NCBI GenBank assembly: GCA_965228735.1
Contig: OZ245838.1
Coordinates: forward strand, 2,560,001-2,624,000
Direction: 5' to 3'
From: Planctomycetota bacterium
GTDB lineage: Bacteria; Planctomycetota; UBA1135; UBA2386
Length of the DNA stretch: 64,000 nt
Positions 9,111 to 18,028 of this stretch are shown here, piece after piece (the stretch's first letter is position 1; every line of letters begins with the position of its first letter). Under the pieces are notes generated by a model. The model did not search any database. It was not told the origin of the DNA and was given only the letters and a program-made list of their open reading frames with translations. The position numbers were made by a program, and so were the translations under genes.

Positions 9111-12100
9111 TTACTGCCGCCAGTAGTCCGCCACCACGCGAACACCCGGCACATCGATCGTCGCGATGCGCGTGCCGGTCTCGACCTCGATGACGTCGAC
9201 CTTGCCGACGTCCGAGAGCGCGATGAACAGGAACTGCGGGACGTTCGCGATGATGGCTGCGTTGATGCCCTGCTTGACCACGTGCTTACCCGAGTGGTTG
9301 TACGGGGTCGTCGTGAACGCTGCCGAGAACGGCGTCGTCTGACCGAGCAGGCCACCGCTGTTGAACAGGTTGTCGGTCCCGATATCGATGATCGAGTTGC
9401 CGCTGAGGAACTGCCCCGAAGCGACGGTCGAGTTGCTGCCACCGAACCGCTGCGTGACGGTCCATTCCTTCTGGCGATACGTCGGCGGCAGGATGAAGCC
9501 ACCGATGTTCGGGTTGAGCGGCTGCTGACCGACCGGCGTGCTGGTCAGCCACAGACGCGACACCTGACCGAGGCCGGTGTCGTCGATGTGACCGACGAGG
9601 ACGCCGCCCTGCGTGGCCTGGTGATCGAACTGCAGCGCGCGCGCCCGCGGGAACGAGACGTTGGTCACGGCACCGACGATGTCGTTGAACCCGTAGCCGT
9701 TGATGCCGTCCGGGCCGGACTCGTAGATCGCGACCGTGCCGGTCTCGTTGAGGATGTAGGCGTAGTAGACGCCCGACAGGTTGCCGGTCAGCTGGTAACG
9801 CTCCGTCGCGACGATGTCGATCGGGCGATTCATGAAGCCCGACACCGTGCGCCTGACCGTGAAGTCGAACGCACTGATGACGGTCATCGCGTTGGCGTCC
9901 GTCGAGACGACGAGAATGTCCTCGCCATCCGGCTGCCAGGCCACGGCCGTCGGGCCGCGCTCGACGGAGGTCTCGGTGACCACCGTGTTGAAGTTCTGGC
10001 TCAGCGGGTTGATGTCGATGAAGCTGACCGACGCGCTCGCGAAGTTGGTGACCGCGAGGCGAGTCATGTTCGGCGACATCGCCATGCTGACCGGGTCCGA
10101 CAACGGGATCGTGTCGAGCACCGTGAAGCGGTTGCTGTTCACGACGACGACCTGGCGGTTGTCGCGATCGAGCACGTAGAGGAAGTGACCGATCTGCTGC
10201 CGCGCGGTGAACGGGCAGAACGGCGGCGGCGGCGGCGGCGAGCCGGGCGGCGGCTGCGGGCCGACGAACACGCCGGTGAACTGCGTGCCGAAGATGCCGA
10301 CCTGCCCCTGCTGGTTCGCGAACGGGTTGCCCACGACCAGTGAGTTCAGCGGCGAGACGATGCAACCAGCCGGCGGACCACCGGTCACGAGCGTGCCGAT
10401 CGGGCCCGTCGCCGACGCCGTCGTCGGCTCCTCACCGAAGATCGCGCGGTTGGGGTTCGGCGGCGGGAACACGAGCCGCGGCGGGTTCGGGATCGGCGGC
10501 TGGTGGATCGTGTTGCCCGGCTCCTGCGTGCCCAGCAGCTGGTTGATCTGGTTGAAGCGGGCCGCGTTGCGGTTGATGTTCTCGTTGTTGAACACGAGAT
10601 CGAGCGGCGCACCGATGTGGATGTCGGTCACGTCACCGACGACCGGATCGCGCAGCAGACGCGTCTCGCCGTTGGTGTCCTGCGTCAGCGTGAAGACGCC
10701 CGCACTGCCCGCGTCGAGGTTGCTCGTGCCCGGAGCCAGCGGCGGCGTGACGCCCGTGATGCCGATGTTGGGGTTGAGCGGGAACCGCGTGTTGTTGATG
10801 TCACCCGTGCCCTGGCCGAGGCCGTTGAGGTCGATGACCGACACGCCCGGCTCCGCGCCGCCGATGCCGACGTAGACCGCCTCGGGCGCGACCGGCGCGT
10901 TGACGATGCCCGGGCCGGTGCCCGTCGTGAACTGGGTCGTCACCGGCTGACCGACGGTCATGCCGGTGAGGCTGTTGATCGTCGTGTTCTGGACCTGGAT
11001 GTCGACCGGCGAGTTGCCCGGCAGGCTGTAGGCCGGCGTGATGTTGTAGTTCATCAGGTCGCCGAAGCTGACCGGATCCGCGTGATAGAGCACCGCGAAG
11101 GTGTTCGCCGCGGCGGTCACCTGCAGCGTCAGGCCGCCCGTCGCCGGGGTGAACTGCGCGGGATCGAAGAACGAGCCGACCTCACCCGGCTGCACCGGCT
11201 TGTTGAACCGGACGAGGATCGTCGACGTCGGATCGATGCCCGTCTGGCCGTTGCCCGGGATGATCTGCGGCGTGTTGAGGAAGCCGAGCACCTGCGGCGG
11301 GTTGGTGTCGACACCAACCGTCGTGGCGACACCGACCTCCGCGTCGAGGATGTCGTTCTCCGTGTCGCGCACCGCGTTGGTGACGACGATGCGGATCAGC
11401 CGGTTGGCCGGGAACGTCTCGATGGACGTCAGATCGTTGTTGGTGTCCGCGACGAACACGAACGACTTCTTGCCGACGAGGTCGGCCGCGCCCGCGTAGG
11501 ACGGGAAACCGTTCGCCCGCGCATCGAGCACCCGGATACCGCTGCCGTCCGCCTCGACCGCCTGGACCTTTTCCAGCACGCCACCCACGTTGTAGTAGGT
11601 GAAGCCGTTGACGAAGCCACGGCCCCGGAGCGTCGTCGACGTCTCGGTCGCCGGATCGTAGGCCAGCAGGTTGAGCGCACCCGTCAGCCCCGAGTTGCTC
11701 TGGTTGGCGAGCAGGTTGCTGAGGATCGAGTCCACGTCGAGCTTGTGGCTGAACGTGAAGTGCAGGAAGTGGTTGCCGGGGTTGCCGTCGGGCAGCAGCG
11801 CGGTCGTCGCGAGCGCCGCGACCGGGAGCACGCCGTTGCTGCCGTTGACGTTGTCCTGCAGCTGCGTCTCGGTCTCGATGTTGATGACGTTGGTCGTCGG
11901 GTTACCGAACGAGTCGACGGTGCGGATGCGGTACGGATACACCGCGCCCGTGCCCGTGCTGATGCTGACAACTTTGAAATCGCCGCGGTTGTCCGGGTCA
12001 CCCTTGGTGCCGCCTTCACAGCCGCCGAGGGCGAGCGGCAGCGAGAGCGAGGCGAACAGGGCCAAACCGGCGAGAGAGCGCGCGGGCGATCTGGATTGGG

Positions 12101-12113
12101 AAGGTGCGTTCAT
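9111..12113 (-). CDS. ~1000-aa surface lipoprotein with Big_5-like Ig domain(s) and a YVTN-like beta-propeller (paralog A)
   Basis: Lipobox LALGG-C; GQTGIDPTSTILVRFNKPV (Ig-like); DPVSMAMSPNMTRLAVTNFASASVSFIDI (propeller blade); Thr/Asn/Gly-rich. Confidence 0.85.
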   Translation of the reverse strand: MNAPSQSRSPARSLAGLALFASLSLPLALGGCEGGTKGDPDNRGDFKVVSISTGTGAVYPYRIRTVDSFGNPTTNVINIETETQLQDNVNGSNGVLPVAALATTALLPDGNPGNHFLHFTFSHKLDVDSILSNLLANQSNSGLTGALNLLAYDPATETSTTLRGRGFVNGFTYYNVGGVLEKVQAVEADGSGIRVLDARANGFPSYAGAADLVGKKSFVFVADTNNDLTSIETFPANRLIRIVVTNAVRDTENDILDAEVGVATTVGVDTNPPQVLGFLNTPQIIPGNGQTGIDPTSTILVRFNKPVQPGEVGSFFDPAQFTPATGGLTLQVTAAANTFAVLYHADPVSFGDLMNYNITPAYSLPGNSPVDIQVQNTTINSLTGMTVGQPVTTQFTTGTGPGIVNAPVAPEAVYVGIGGAEPGVSVIDLNGLGQGTGDINNTRFPLNPNIGITGVTPPLAPGTSNLDAGSAGVFTLTQDTNGETRLLRDPVVGDVTDIHIGAPLDLVFNNENINRNAARFNQINQLLGTQEPGNTIHQPPIPNPPRLVFPPPNPNRAIFGEEPTTASATGPIGTLVTGGPPAGCIVSPLNSLVVGNPFANQQGQVGIFGTQFTGVFVGPQPPPGSPPPPPPFCPFTARQQIGHFLYVLDRDNRQVVVVNSNRFTVLDTIPLSDPVSMAMSPNMTRLAVTNFASASVSFIDINPLSQNFNTVVTETSVERGPTAVAWQPDGEDILVVSTDANAMTVISAFDFTVRRTVSGFMNRPIDIVATERYQLTGNLSGVYYAYILNETGTVAIYESGPDGINGYGFNDIVGAVTNVSFPRARALQFDHQATQGGVLVGHIDDTGLGQVSRLWLTSTPVGQQPLNPNIGGFILPPTYRQKEWTVTQRFGGSNSTVASGQFLSGNSIIDIGTDNLFNSGGLLGQTTPFSAAFTTTPYNHSGKHVVKQGINAAIIANVPQFLFIALSDVGKVDVIEVETGTRIATIDVPGVRVVADYWRQ

Positions 12114-12540
12114 GGGATGAGCTCCGTCCAGCCGACTGCCCCTGGCATGGTTCCCAGTGAGGCGGGAACCAGCGAGGGCGGCGACCATCGACGGCATAGG
12201 GTCTGCTCCGGAAGCGTCCAGTCTCGGGAGACGCAGCACGTTACAGCGTGCGGAGATCCATTCAACGCCGGAGAAAGCGTGAAGGGCCGATGCCGTGAAG
12301 GGTCGATGCCATCGACCCGCCATCGGCCCACCACGCTCCACCCCCGACGAGGGAGCGGATCTTGCGTCCACCGACACGGAGCCGGCAGTTGTCCAAGGGC
12401 CCGCAAACAGAGTACCTCGGGCGCCTCAGGCCGGCCATTTTCTTCAAACGCCGGGCGGGCGCGGTCGCCTTCGCCCCATGGATCAACTCAAATCACTGCA
12501 ATAGCGAGTCTTCCGCATGTTTCTGCTCTTCCGCAACAGA

Positions 12541-12577
12541 GCCGTGCGCATCCGCTCGTCGAGCGGATGCGCACGGC
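12541..12577 (-). terminator. Perfect 17-bp GC-rich hairpin downstream of paralog B (probable terminator or RNA-stabilising stem)
   Basis: GCCGTGCGCATCCGCTC-gtc-GAGCGGATGCGCACGGC, ~55 nt after the stop at 12632; only a weak U-tract on the minus strand. Confidence 0.6.
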
Positions 12578-12631
12578 GGTCTGCACAGCGCAGCGAACGC
12601 GGCCGGGACGCTGGCCCGGCCGCGAGCCAGG

Positions 12632-15600
12632 TCACTGCCGCCAGTAGTCGGCGACGACCCGGACTCCGGGCACGTCGATGCTGGCGATCCGGGTGCCGGT
12701 ACCGATCTCGAGCACGTCGATCCGCCCGGCGTCGGACAGCGCGACGAACAGGAAGCGCGGCAGGACCGCCGGGGCGACCGTGGTCGTCACCTGCTTCACC
12801 GTGTGCTTGCCGGAGTGGAAGTACGGCGTCGTCGCGAACGGCGACGAGAACGACGTGATCTGCCCCGGCAGGCCGCCGTAGTTCGTCAGGTTGTCCGTGC
12901 ACAGATCGATGACGGAGTTGCCGCTGAGGAACGGCGCGTTCGCCGCCGTCGAGTTCGTGCCGCCGATGCGCTGCGTGACGGTCCACTCCTTCTGGCGGTA
13001 GGTCGGCGGCAGCACGAAGCCACCGATGTTGGGGTTGAGCGGCGAGACGCCGAGCGGCGTGCTCGTGAGCCCGAGCCGCGAGACCTGCCCGAGACCGCTG
13101 TCGTCGATGTGGCCGATCATGACCCCGCCGAACGTCGCGCCGTGATCGTAGATCATCGACTTGCTGCGCGGGAACGCGACGTTGGCGACCGTGCCGATCA
13201 CGTCGTCGAACCCGATGCCGTTCACGCCGTCGGGACCCGATTCGTAGATCGCGACCGTGCCGTTGTCGTTGAGGATGTAGGCGTAGTAGACGCCGGCGGC
13301 GTTGCCGCTCGTCTGGTAGCGCTCCGACACGATGATCTCGACCGGGCGGTTGAGGAATCCGGCGACCGAGCGCCGGACCGAGAAGTCGAGCGCCGAGATG
13401 ATCGTGACGACGTTGGCATCGGTCGACGCGACGAGCACGTCCTCGCCATCGGGCTGCCACGAGATCGCGGTCGGCCCCTGTTCGACGGTCGTCTCCGCGA
13501 CGACCTGGTGGAACGTCGGACTCAGGGGATCGATGTCGATGAAGCTGACCGTCGCACTCGCGAAGTTGGTCACCGCGAGGCGGGTCATGTTCGGCGACGT
13601 CGCCATGCTGATCGGGTCGGACAGCCGGATCGTGTCGAGCACCGTGAAGCGGTTGCTGTTGACGACGACGATCTGCCGGTTGTCGCGATCGAGCACGTAG
13701 AGGAAGTGACCGATCTGCTGCCGCGAACTGAACGGGCAGAAGGGCGGCGGCGGCGGCGGTGAGCCCGGCTGCGGCTGGGGGCCGACGAACAGACCCATGA
13801 ACGCCGTGCCGAACACGCCGACCGTGCCGATGGAATTGGCGAACGGGTTGCCGACGACCAGCTGGTTGAGCGGCGAGACGATGCACCCGGCCGGCGGCCC
13901 GCCCGTCACGAGCGTGCCCGTGGGGCCGTAGCTCGACGTCGTCGTCGGCTCGGCGCCAAAGATGGCGCGATCCGGGTTCGGCGGCGGGAACACGAGCGGC
14001 GGCGGGTTGGGCACGGGCGGCACGGTGATCGTGTTGCCCGGCATCGCGGACCCCGTGAGCGGGTTCACCTGGTTCGCGCGCGACGCGTTGCGGTTGATGT
14101 TCTCGTTGTTGAACACGAGATCGAGTGGCGCGCCGATGTGGATGTCGTTGACGTCGCCGACGACCGGGTCGCGCAGCAGTCTGGTCTCACCCGTCGTGTC
14201 CTGCGTCAACGTGAGCGCACCCGCGCTGCCCGCATCGAGGTTGCTCGTGCCGGGCGCCATCGGCGGGTGGAGACCCGTGATCTGCAGGTTGGGGTTGAGC
14301 TCGAACCGCGAGGTGGCGAGATCGCCCGTGCCCTGACCGAGACCGTTGAGGTCGATGACGCCGACCCCGGGGGTCGCGCCACCGAACCCGACGTAGATCG
14401 CCTCGGGCGCGACGGGCGCGTTGACGATGCCCGGCCCGCGGCCGGTGCGGAAGTTCGTCGTCACGGCCGTGCCGAGCCGGTCGCCGGAGAGGCCACGGAT
14501 CGTCGTATCGAGGATCGCGATCTCGATCGGCGAGTCCCCGGGGAGGCTGTAGGCCGGCGTGATCACGTAGTTCATCAGGTCGCCGTAGCTCACGGGATCG
14601 GCGTGGAACGGCACCGGGAACGTGCGCGCGGCCGCGGTCGCGGACAGCGACAGACCGCCGGCGGGCGGCGTGAACTGCGTCGGATCGAAGAACGAACCGA
14701 CGTCGGCCGGCTGCACCGGCTTGTTGAAGCGCACGAGGATCGTCGTGCCCGGGTCGATGCCGGTCTGCGAGTTGCCCGGGATGACCTGCGGCGTCGTGGA
14801 GAAGCCGAGCACCTGCGGCGGATCCGGGTCGACGCCGACCGTCGTAGCCGTCGAGACCTCGGCTTCGAGGATCCCGCCTTCGCTGTCCTGCACAGCGTTG
14901 GTCACGACGAGCCGCAGCAGACGGTCGCTCGGGAACGTCTCGATCGTCGTGAGATCACCGTCACTGTCCGCGACGAACGTGAACGACTTCTTCGAGACGA
15001 GGTCCGCCGCCCCGGCGAACGCGGGGAAGCCCGCGGCGCGCGCGTCGACGACTTCGATGCCGTCGCCGCTCGGGCGCACGGCCTGGACCTTCTGCAGCTG
15101 CCCACCGTCGTTGAAGTAGGTGTAGCCGTTCACGAAGCCGCGACCCTTGACCGTCGTCGCGGTCTCGGTCGCCGGATCGTAGGCCAGCAGGTTGAGGGCA
15201 CCCGTCAGACCCGAGCTGCTCTGGTTGGCCAGTTGATCGCTGAGGATCGAGTCGATGTCGAGCTTGTGGCTGAACGAGAAGTGCAGGAACTGGTTGCCCG
15301 GGTTGCCGTCCGGCAGGATCGCCGTCGTCGCGAGCGTCGCGACCGGCAGCACGCCGTTGGTCCCCGAGACGTTCGCCTGCAGTGTCGCGGTGCTCTCGAT
15401 GTTGAGCACCTGGTTGGTCGGGTTCCCGAGCGGATCGACCGCGCGGACGCGGTACGGATAGACCGCGCCGGTGCCCGTGCTGATGCTGACGACCTCGAAG
15501 TCACCGCGGTTCTCGGGATCACCACCGGAGCCGCCGGCACACCCCGCGAAGGCGGCGAACGCCGTCGTGAGAAGCAGCGTGGATCCGGGCAGCGACCGCG

Positions 15601-15679
15601 GGATGGAGAGCAGGCAGGCCGGATCGCGGCTGCGATCGGCGGGCCCCTGGCGTGGGAGTCTGTTCATGACGACCCGCAT
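12632..15679 (-). CDS. ~1010-aa surface lipoprotein, tandem paralog B (alternative start 15667)
   Basis: Lipobox FAAFAG-C; collinear with and highly similar to 9111..12113; identical C-terminus IDVPGVRVVADYWRQ. Confidence 0.85.
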   Translation of the reverse strand: MRVVMNRLPRQGPADRSRDPACLLSIPRSLPGSTLLLTTAFAAFAGCAGGSGGDPENRGDFEVVSISTGTGAVYPYRVRAVDPLGNPTNQVLNIESTATLQANVSGTNGVLPVATLATTAILPDGNPGNQFLHFSFSHKLDIDSILSDQLANQSSSGLTGALNLLAYDPATETATTVKGRGFVNGYTYFNDGGQLQKVQAVRPSGDGIEVVDARAAGFPAFAGAADLVSKKSFTFVADSDGDLTTIETFPSDRLLRLVVTNAVQDSEGGILEAEVSTATTVGVDPDPPQVLGFSTTPQVIPGNSQTGIDPGTTILVRFNKPVQPADVGSFFDPTQFTPPAGGLSLSATAAARTFPVPFHADPVSYGDLMNYVITPAYSLPGDSPIEIAILDTTIRGLSGDRLGTAVTTNFRTGRGPGIVNAPVAPEAIYVGFGGATPGVGVIDLNGLGQGTGDLATSRFELNPNLQITGLHPPMAPGTSNLDAGSAGALTLTQDTTGETRLLRDPVVGDVNDIHIGAPLDLVFNNENINRNASRANQVNPLTGSAMPGNTITVPPVPNPPPLVFPPPNPDRAIFGAEPTTTSSYGPTGTLVTGGPPAGCIVSPLNQLVVGNPFANSIGTVGVFGTAFMGLFVGPQPQPGSPPPPPPFCPFSSRQQIGHFLYVLDRDNRQIVVVNSNRFTVLDTIRLSDPISMATSPNMTRLAVTNFASATVSFIDIDPLSPTFHQVVAETTVEQGPTAISWQPDGEDVLVASTDANVVTIISALDFSVRRSVAGFLNRPVEIIVSERYQTSGNAAGVYYAYILNDNGTVAIYESGPDGVNGIGFDDVIGTVANVAFPRSKSMIYDHGATFGGVMIGHIDDSGLGQVSRLGLTSTPLGVSPLNPNIGGFVLPPTYRQKEWTVTQRIGGTNSTAANAPFLSGNSVIDLCTDNLTNYGGLPGQITSFSSPFATTPYFHSGKHTVKQVTTTVAPAVLPRFLFVALSDAGRIDVLEIGTGTRIASIDVPGVRVVADYWRQ

Positions 15680-15905
15680 TTCGCAAACGCGGTGCCCGAC
15701 CGCCGAACTTTGGCAAACGACCCGGACCGCCCCGCTCCGGGCTCGGGCATCGCGAATCTCGAACCGTGCAAGCCATTCCCCTCGTTTGGTTTAGGATGGC
15801 GCGAGCGAGTTCCGCCGGATCCCGAGCGATGTCGCTCTGGAGCGGAGGCGCTCGCGATCGCTCGCAAACCGCGGCGGTTTCGGGCCGCTGCGCGACCGCG
15901 CCACG

Positions 15906-17942
15906 ATGACCGATCCGCTCGAGCAATACCGCGACAAGCGCGACTTCGACAAGACGCCGGAGCCGGCCCCGAAGCCGCTGCGGCCGGGCGTCGATCGGGT
16001 CTTCGTCGTGCACCGTCACGAGGCGCGCAACCTGCACTACGACCTCCGACTCGAGCGCGCTGGCGTGCTGTGTTCGTGGGCCGTGCCGCGCGGGTTCAGC
16101 TACGACCCGAGCGAGAAGCGACTCGCGGTGCGCACCGAGGACCATCCGATCGAGTACGAGCACTTCCACGGTCGCATCCCCAAGGGCGAGTACGGCGCGG
16201 GCACGATGACGATCTGGGACCGGGGTCACTACGAGCTCGTCAAGATCACGGACTGGGACGAGGCGATCGCGCGCGGCGAGGTGAAGGTGCGACTCTACGG
16301 GCGCCGGCTGCGCGGTGAGTGGCACCTGGTTCGCACGACGCAGAGCAAGAACAGCTGGCTCCTGTTCAAGTCGCGCGACCTGTTCTCGGGGCCCGCGCGC
16401 GACAGCGCCCTGGGCGTCGATCTGACGACGGCCGGACGGGCGGGCGCGACCGACGAGCTGCAGCCGATGCGGGCCGGCGCCGAACCTCGCCAGGTGTTCA
16501 CCGACCCCGCGTGGGTGTTCGAGATGGAGTTCGCCGGCCAGCGCGCGTTCGCGAGCAAGACCGATGACGCGGTCGGACTGCATGGCGTTCCCGACGTGCC
16601 GGCGCCGCTCCTCGACGCGCTCCGGCAGCTGCGCTGCGACCGCGCGGTGCTCGATGGCGTGCTCGTCGCTCTCGGCGACGACGGTCGCCCGGATCGCGAA
16701 GCACTGACGCAAGCGCTGCATGGCGGCAACGCCGACCGGATCGCCTACTACGCGTTCGACCTCGTCCACTGGGAGGAGTTCGACCTGCGGACATTGCCGC
16801 TGTTCGACCGCAAGGCCGCGCTGCGCACGCTCGTGCCCGACGATCCGCGACTGCTCTACGCCGATCACGTCGCGGGCAACGGCCCCGCCCTGCTGCAGGC
16901 GATCCGCGACGCCGGCCTGCCGGCGGCGATCGGCAAGCGCGGGGCGAGCCCGTACTCGGGCGGAGAGTCCGAGGACTGGGTGCGCATTCCAGCGGACGGC
17001 GCAGCCGCTGCGCCGAACGAACCGGAGTCATCGAAGGAGTCCCGCCCGCTCAACGTGCGCTTCCGGCCGACCAACCTCGCCAAGGTCTACTGGCCGGCCG
17101 AGGGCCACACCAAGGGCGACCTGCTCGCCTACTACCAATCGATCGCGGACGTGCTCCTGCCCCACCTGCGCGACCGACCCGTGCACCTCAATCGCTATCC
17201 CGACGGCATCGACGGCAAGTCGTTCTACCAGCGCGAGGCCAAAGAGGGCACGCCGGACTGGGTGCGCACCGTGCCCATTCCGCACGACGACGAGACGGTG
17301 CCGCATCACGTCATCGACGACGTCGAGACGCTGATCTACTGCGCCAACCTCGGCAGCATCGATCTGCACCCCTGGTTGTCGCGGTATCCGACCATCGACA
17401 CGCCCGACTACGCCGTCCTCGACATCGACCCGAAGGAGGCGCCGTTCACCCACGTCGTCCGCATCGCGAAGGCCGCGGGGCGCCTGCTGCGCGGCATCGG
17501 CCTGCGCCCGGTGCTCAAGACCTCGGGCAAGAACGGCATGCACGTCTTCGTGCCGCTGCTGCCGCAGTACACCTACGACCACGCGCGGATGTTCACCGAA
17601 GCCGTCGCCCGCGTCCTCGCACGCGAGCTCCCCGACATCGCGACGACCGAACGCGTGCCGAGCCAACGCGACGGCAAGGTCTACCTCGACTTCCTGCAGA
17701 ACCGGAGGTCACAGACGATCGTGCCGGTCTACTCCGTTCGCCCCGTCCGCGGCGCCACCGTGTCGACGCCGCTGATGTGGGACGAGCTCGAGAACGGCGA
17801 CCTGTCGCCGAAGAACTTCACCATCCACACCGTCCCCGAACGCGTGATGCAACACGGCGACCTCTTCCGCAACGCGCTCGAGGACCACCAGGACCTGATG
17901 GCGGCGATCGGTGCGTTGGAGGACGTGCTGAAGAACGGGTGA
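15906..17942 (+). CDS. ligD: LigD-type NHEJ protein: phosphoesterase, degenerate (inactive-looking) ligase NTase domain, primase-polymerase
   Basis: PE: YRDKRDFDKTPEP, HEARNLHYDLRLE, SWAVPRG, EDHPIEY. POL: TNLAKVYWP..TKGDLLAYY, RYPDGI, LDIDP, KTSGKNGMHV, YLDFLQN. Ligase motifs are substituted and there is no OB domain. Confidence 0.93.
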   Translation: MTDPLEQYRDKRDFDKTPEPAPKPLRPGVDRVFVVHRHEARNLHYDLRLERAGVLCSWAVPRGFSYDPSEKRLAVRTEDHPIEYEHFHGRIPKGEYGAGTMTIWDRGHYELVKITDWDEAIARGEVKVRLYGRRLRGEWHLVRTTQSKNSWLLFKSRDLFSGPARDSALGVDLTTAGRAGATDELQPMRAGAEPRQVFTDPAWVFEMEFAGQRAFASKTDDAVGLHGVPDVPAPLLDALRQLRCDRAVLDGVLVALGDDGRPDREALTQALHGGNADRIAYYAFDLVHWEEFDLRTLPLFDRKAALRTLVPDDPRLLYADHVAGNGPALLQAIRDAGLPAAIGKRGASPYSGGESEDWVRIPADGAAAAPNEPESSKESRPLNVRFRPTNLAKVYWPAEGHTKGDLLAYYQSIADVLLPHLRDRPVHLNRYPDGIDGKSFYQREAKEGTPDWVRTVPIPHDDETVPHHVIDDVETLIYCANLGSIDLHPWLSRYPTIDTPDYAVLDIDPKEAPFTHVVRIAKAAGRLLRGIGLRPVLKTSGKNGMHVFVPLLPQYTYDHARMFTEAVARVLARELPDIATTERVPSQRDGKVYLDFLQNRRSQTIVPVYSVRPVRGATVSTPLMWDELENGDLSPKNFTIHTVPERVMQHGDLFRNALEDHQDLMAAIGALEDVLKNG

Positions 17943-18025
17943 ACATACCGAACCCGGCATCTTTGTCTCACCCCAGCGCCTCCGGCGCTGGGGTGAGACA
18001 AAGATGCCGGGTTCCGTATGTTCAC
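17939..18025. repeat. Long palindrome (42-bp arms, 1 mismatch, 3-nt loop)
   Basis: GTGAACATACCGAACCCGGCATCTTTGTCTCACCCCAGCGCC-tcc-reverse complement; contains the ACCGAACCCG core shared with the REP-like repeats at 19909 and 46410. Confidence 0.93.
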
Positions 18026-18028
18026 GGC

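Noticed and set aside
15906..17942. ligD as a pseudogene
   Set aside because: The frame is uninterrupted and the PE and POL catalytic motifs are intact; only the ligase domain is degenerate
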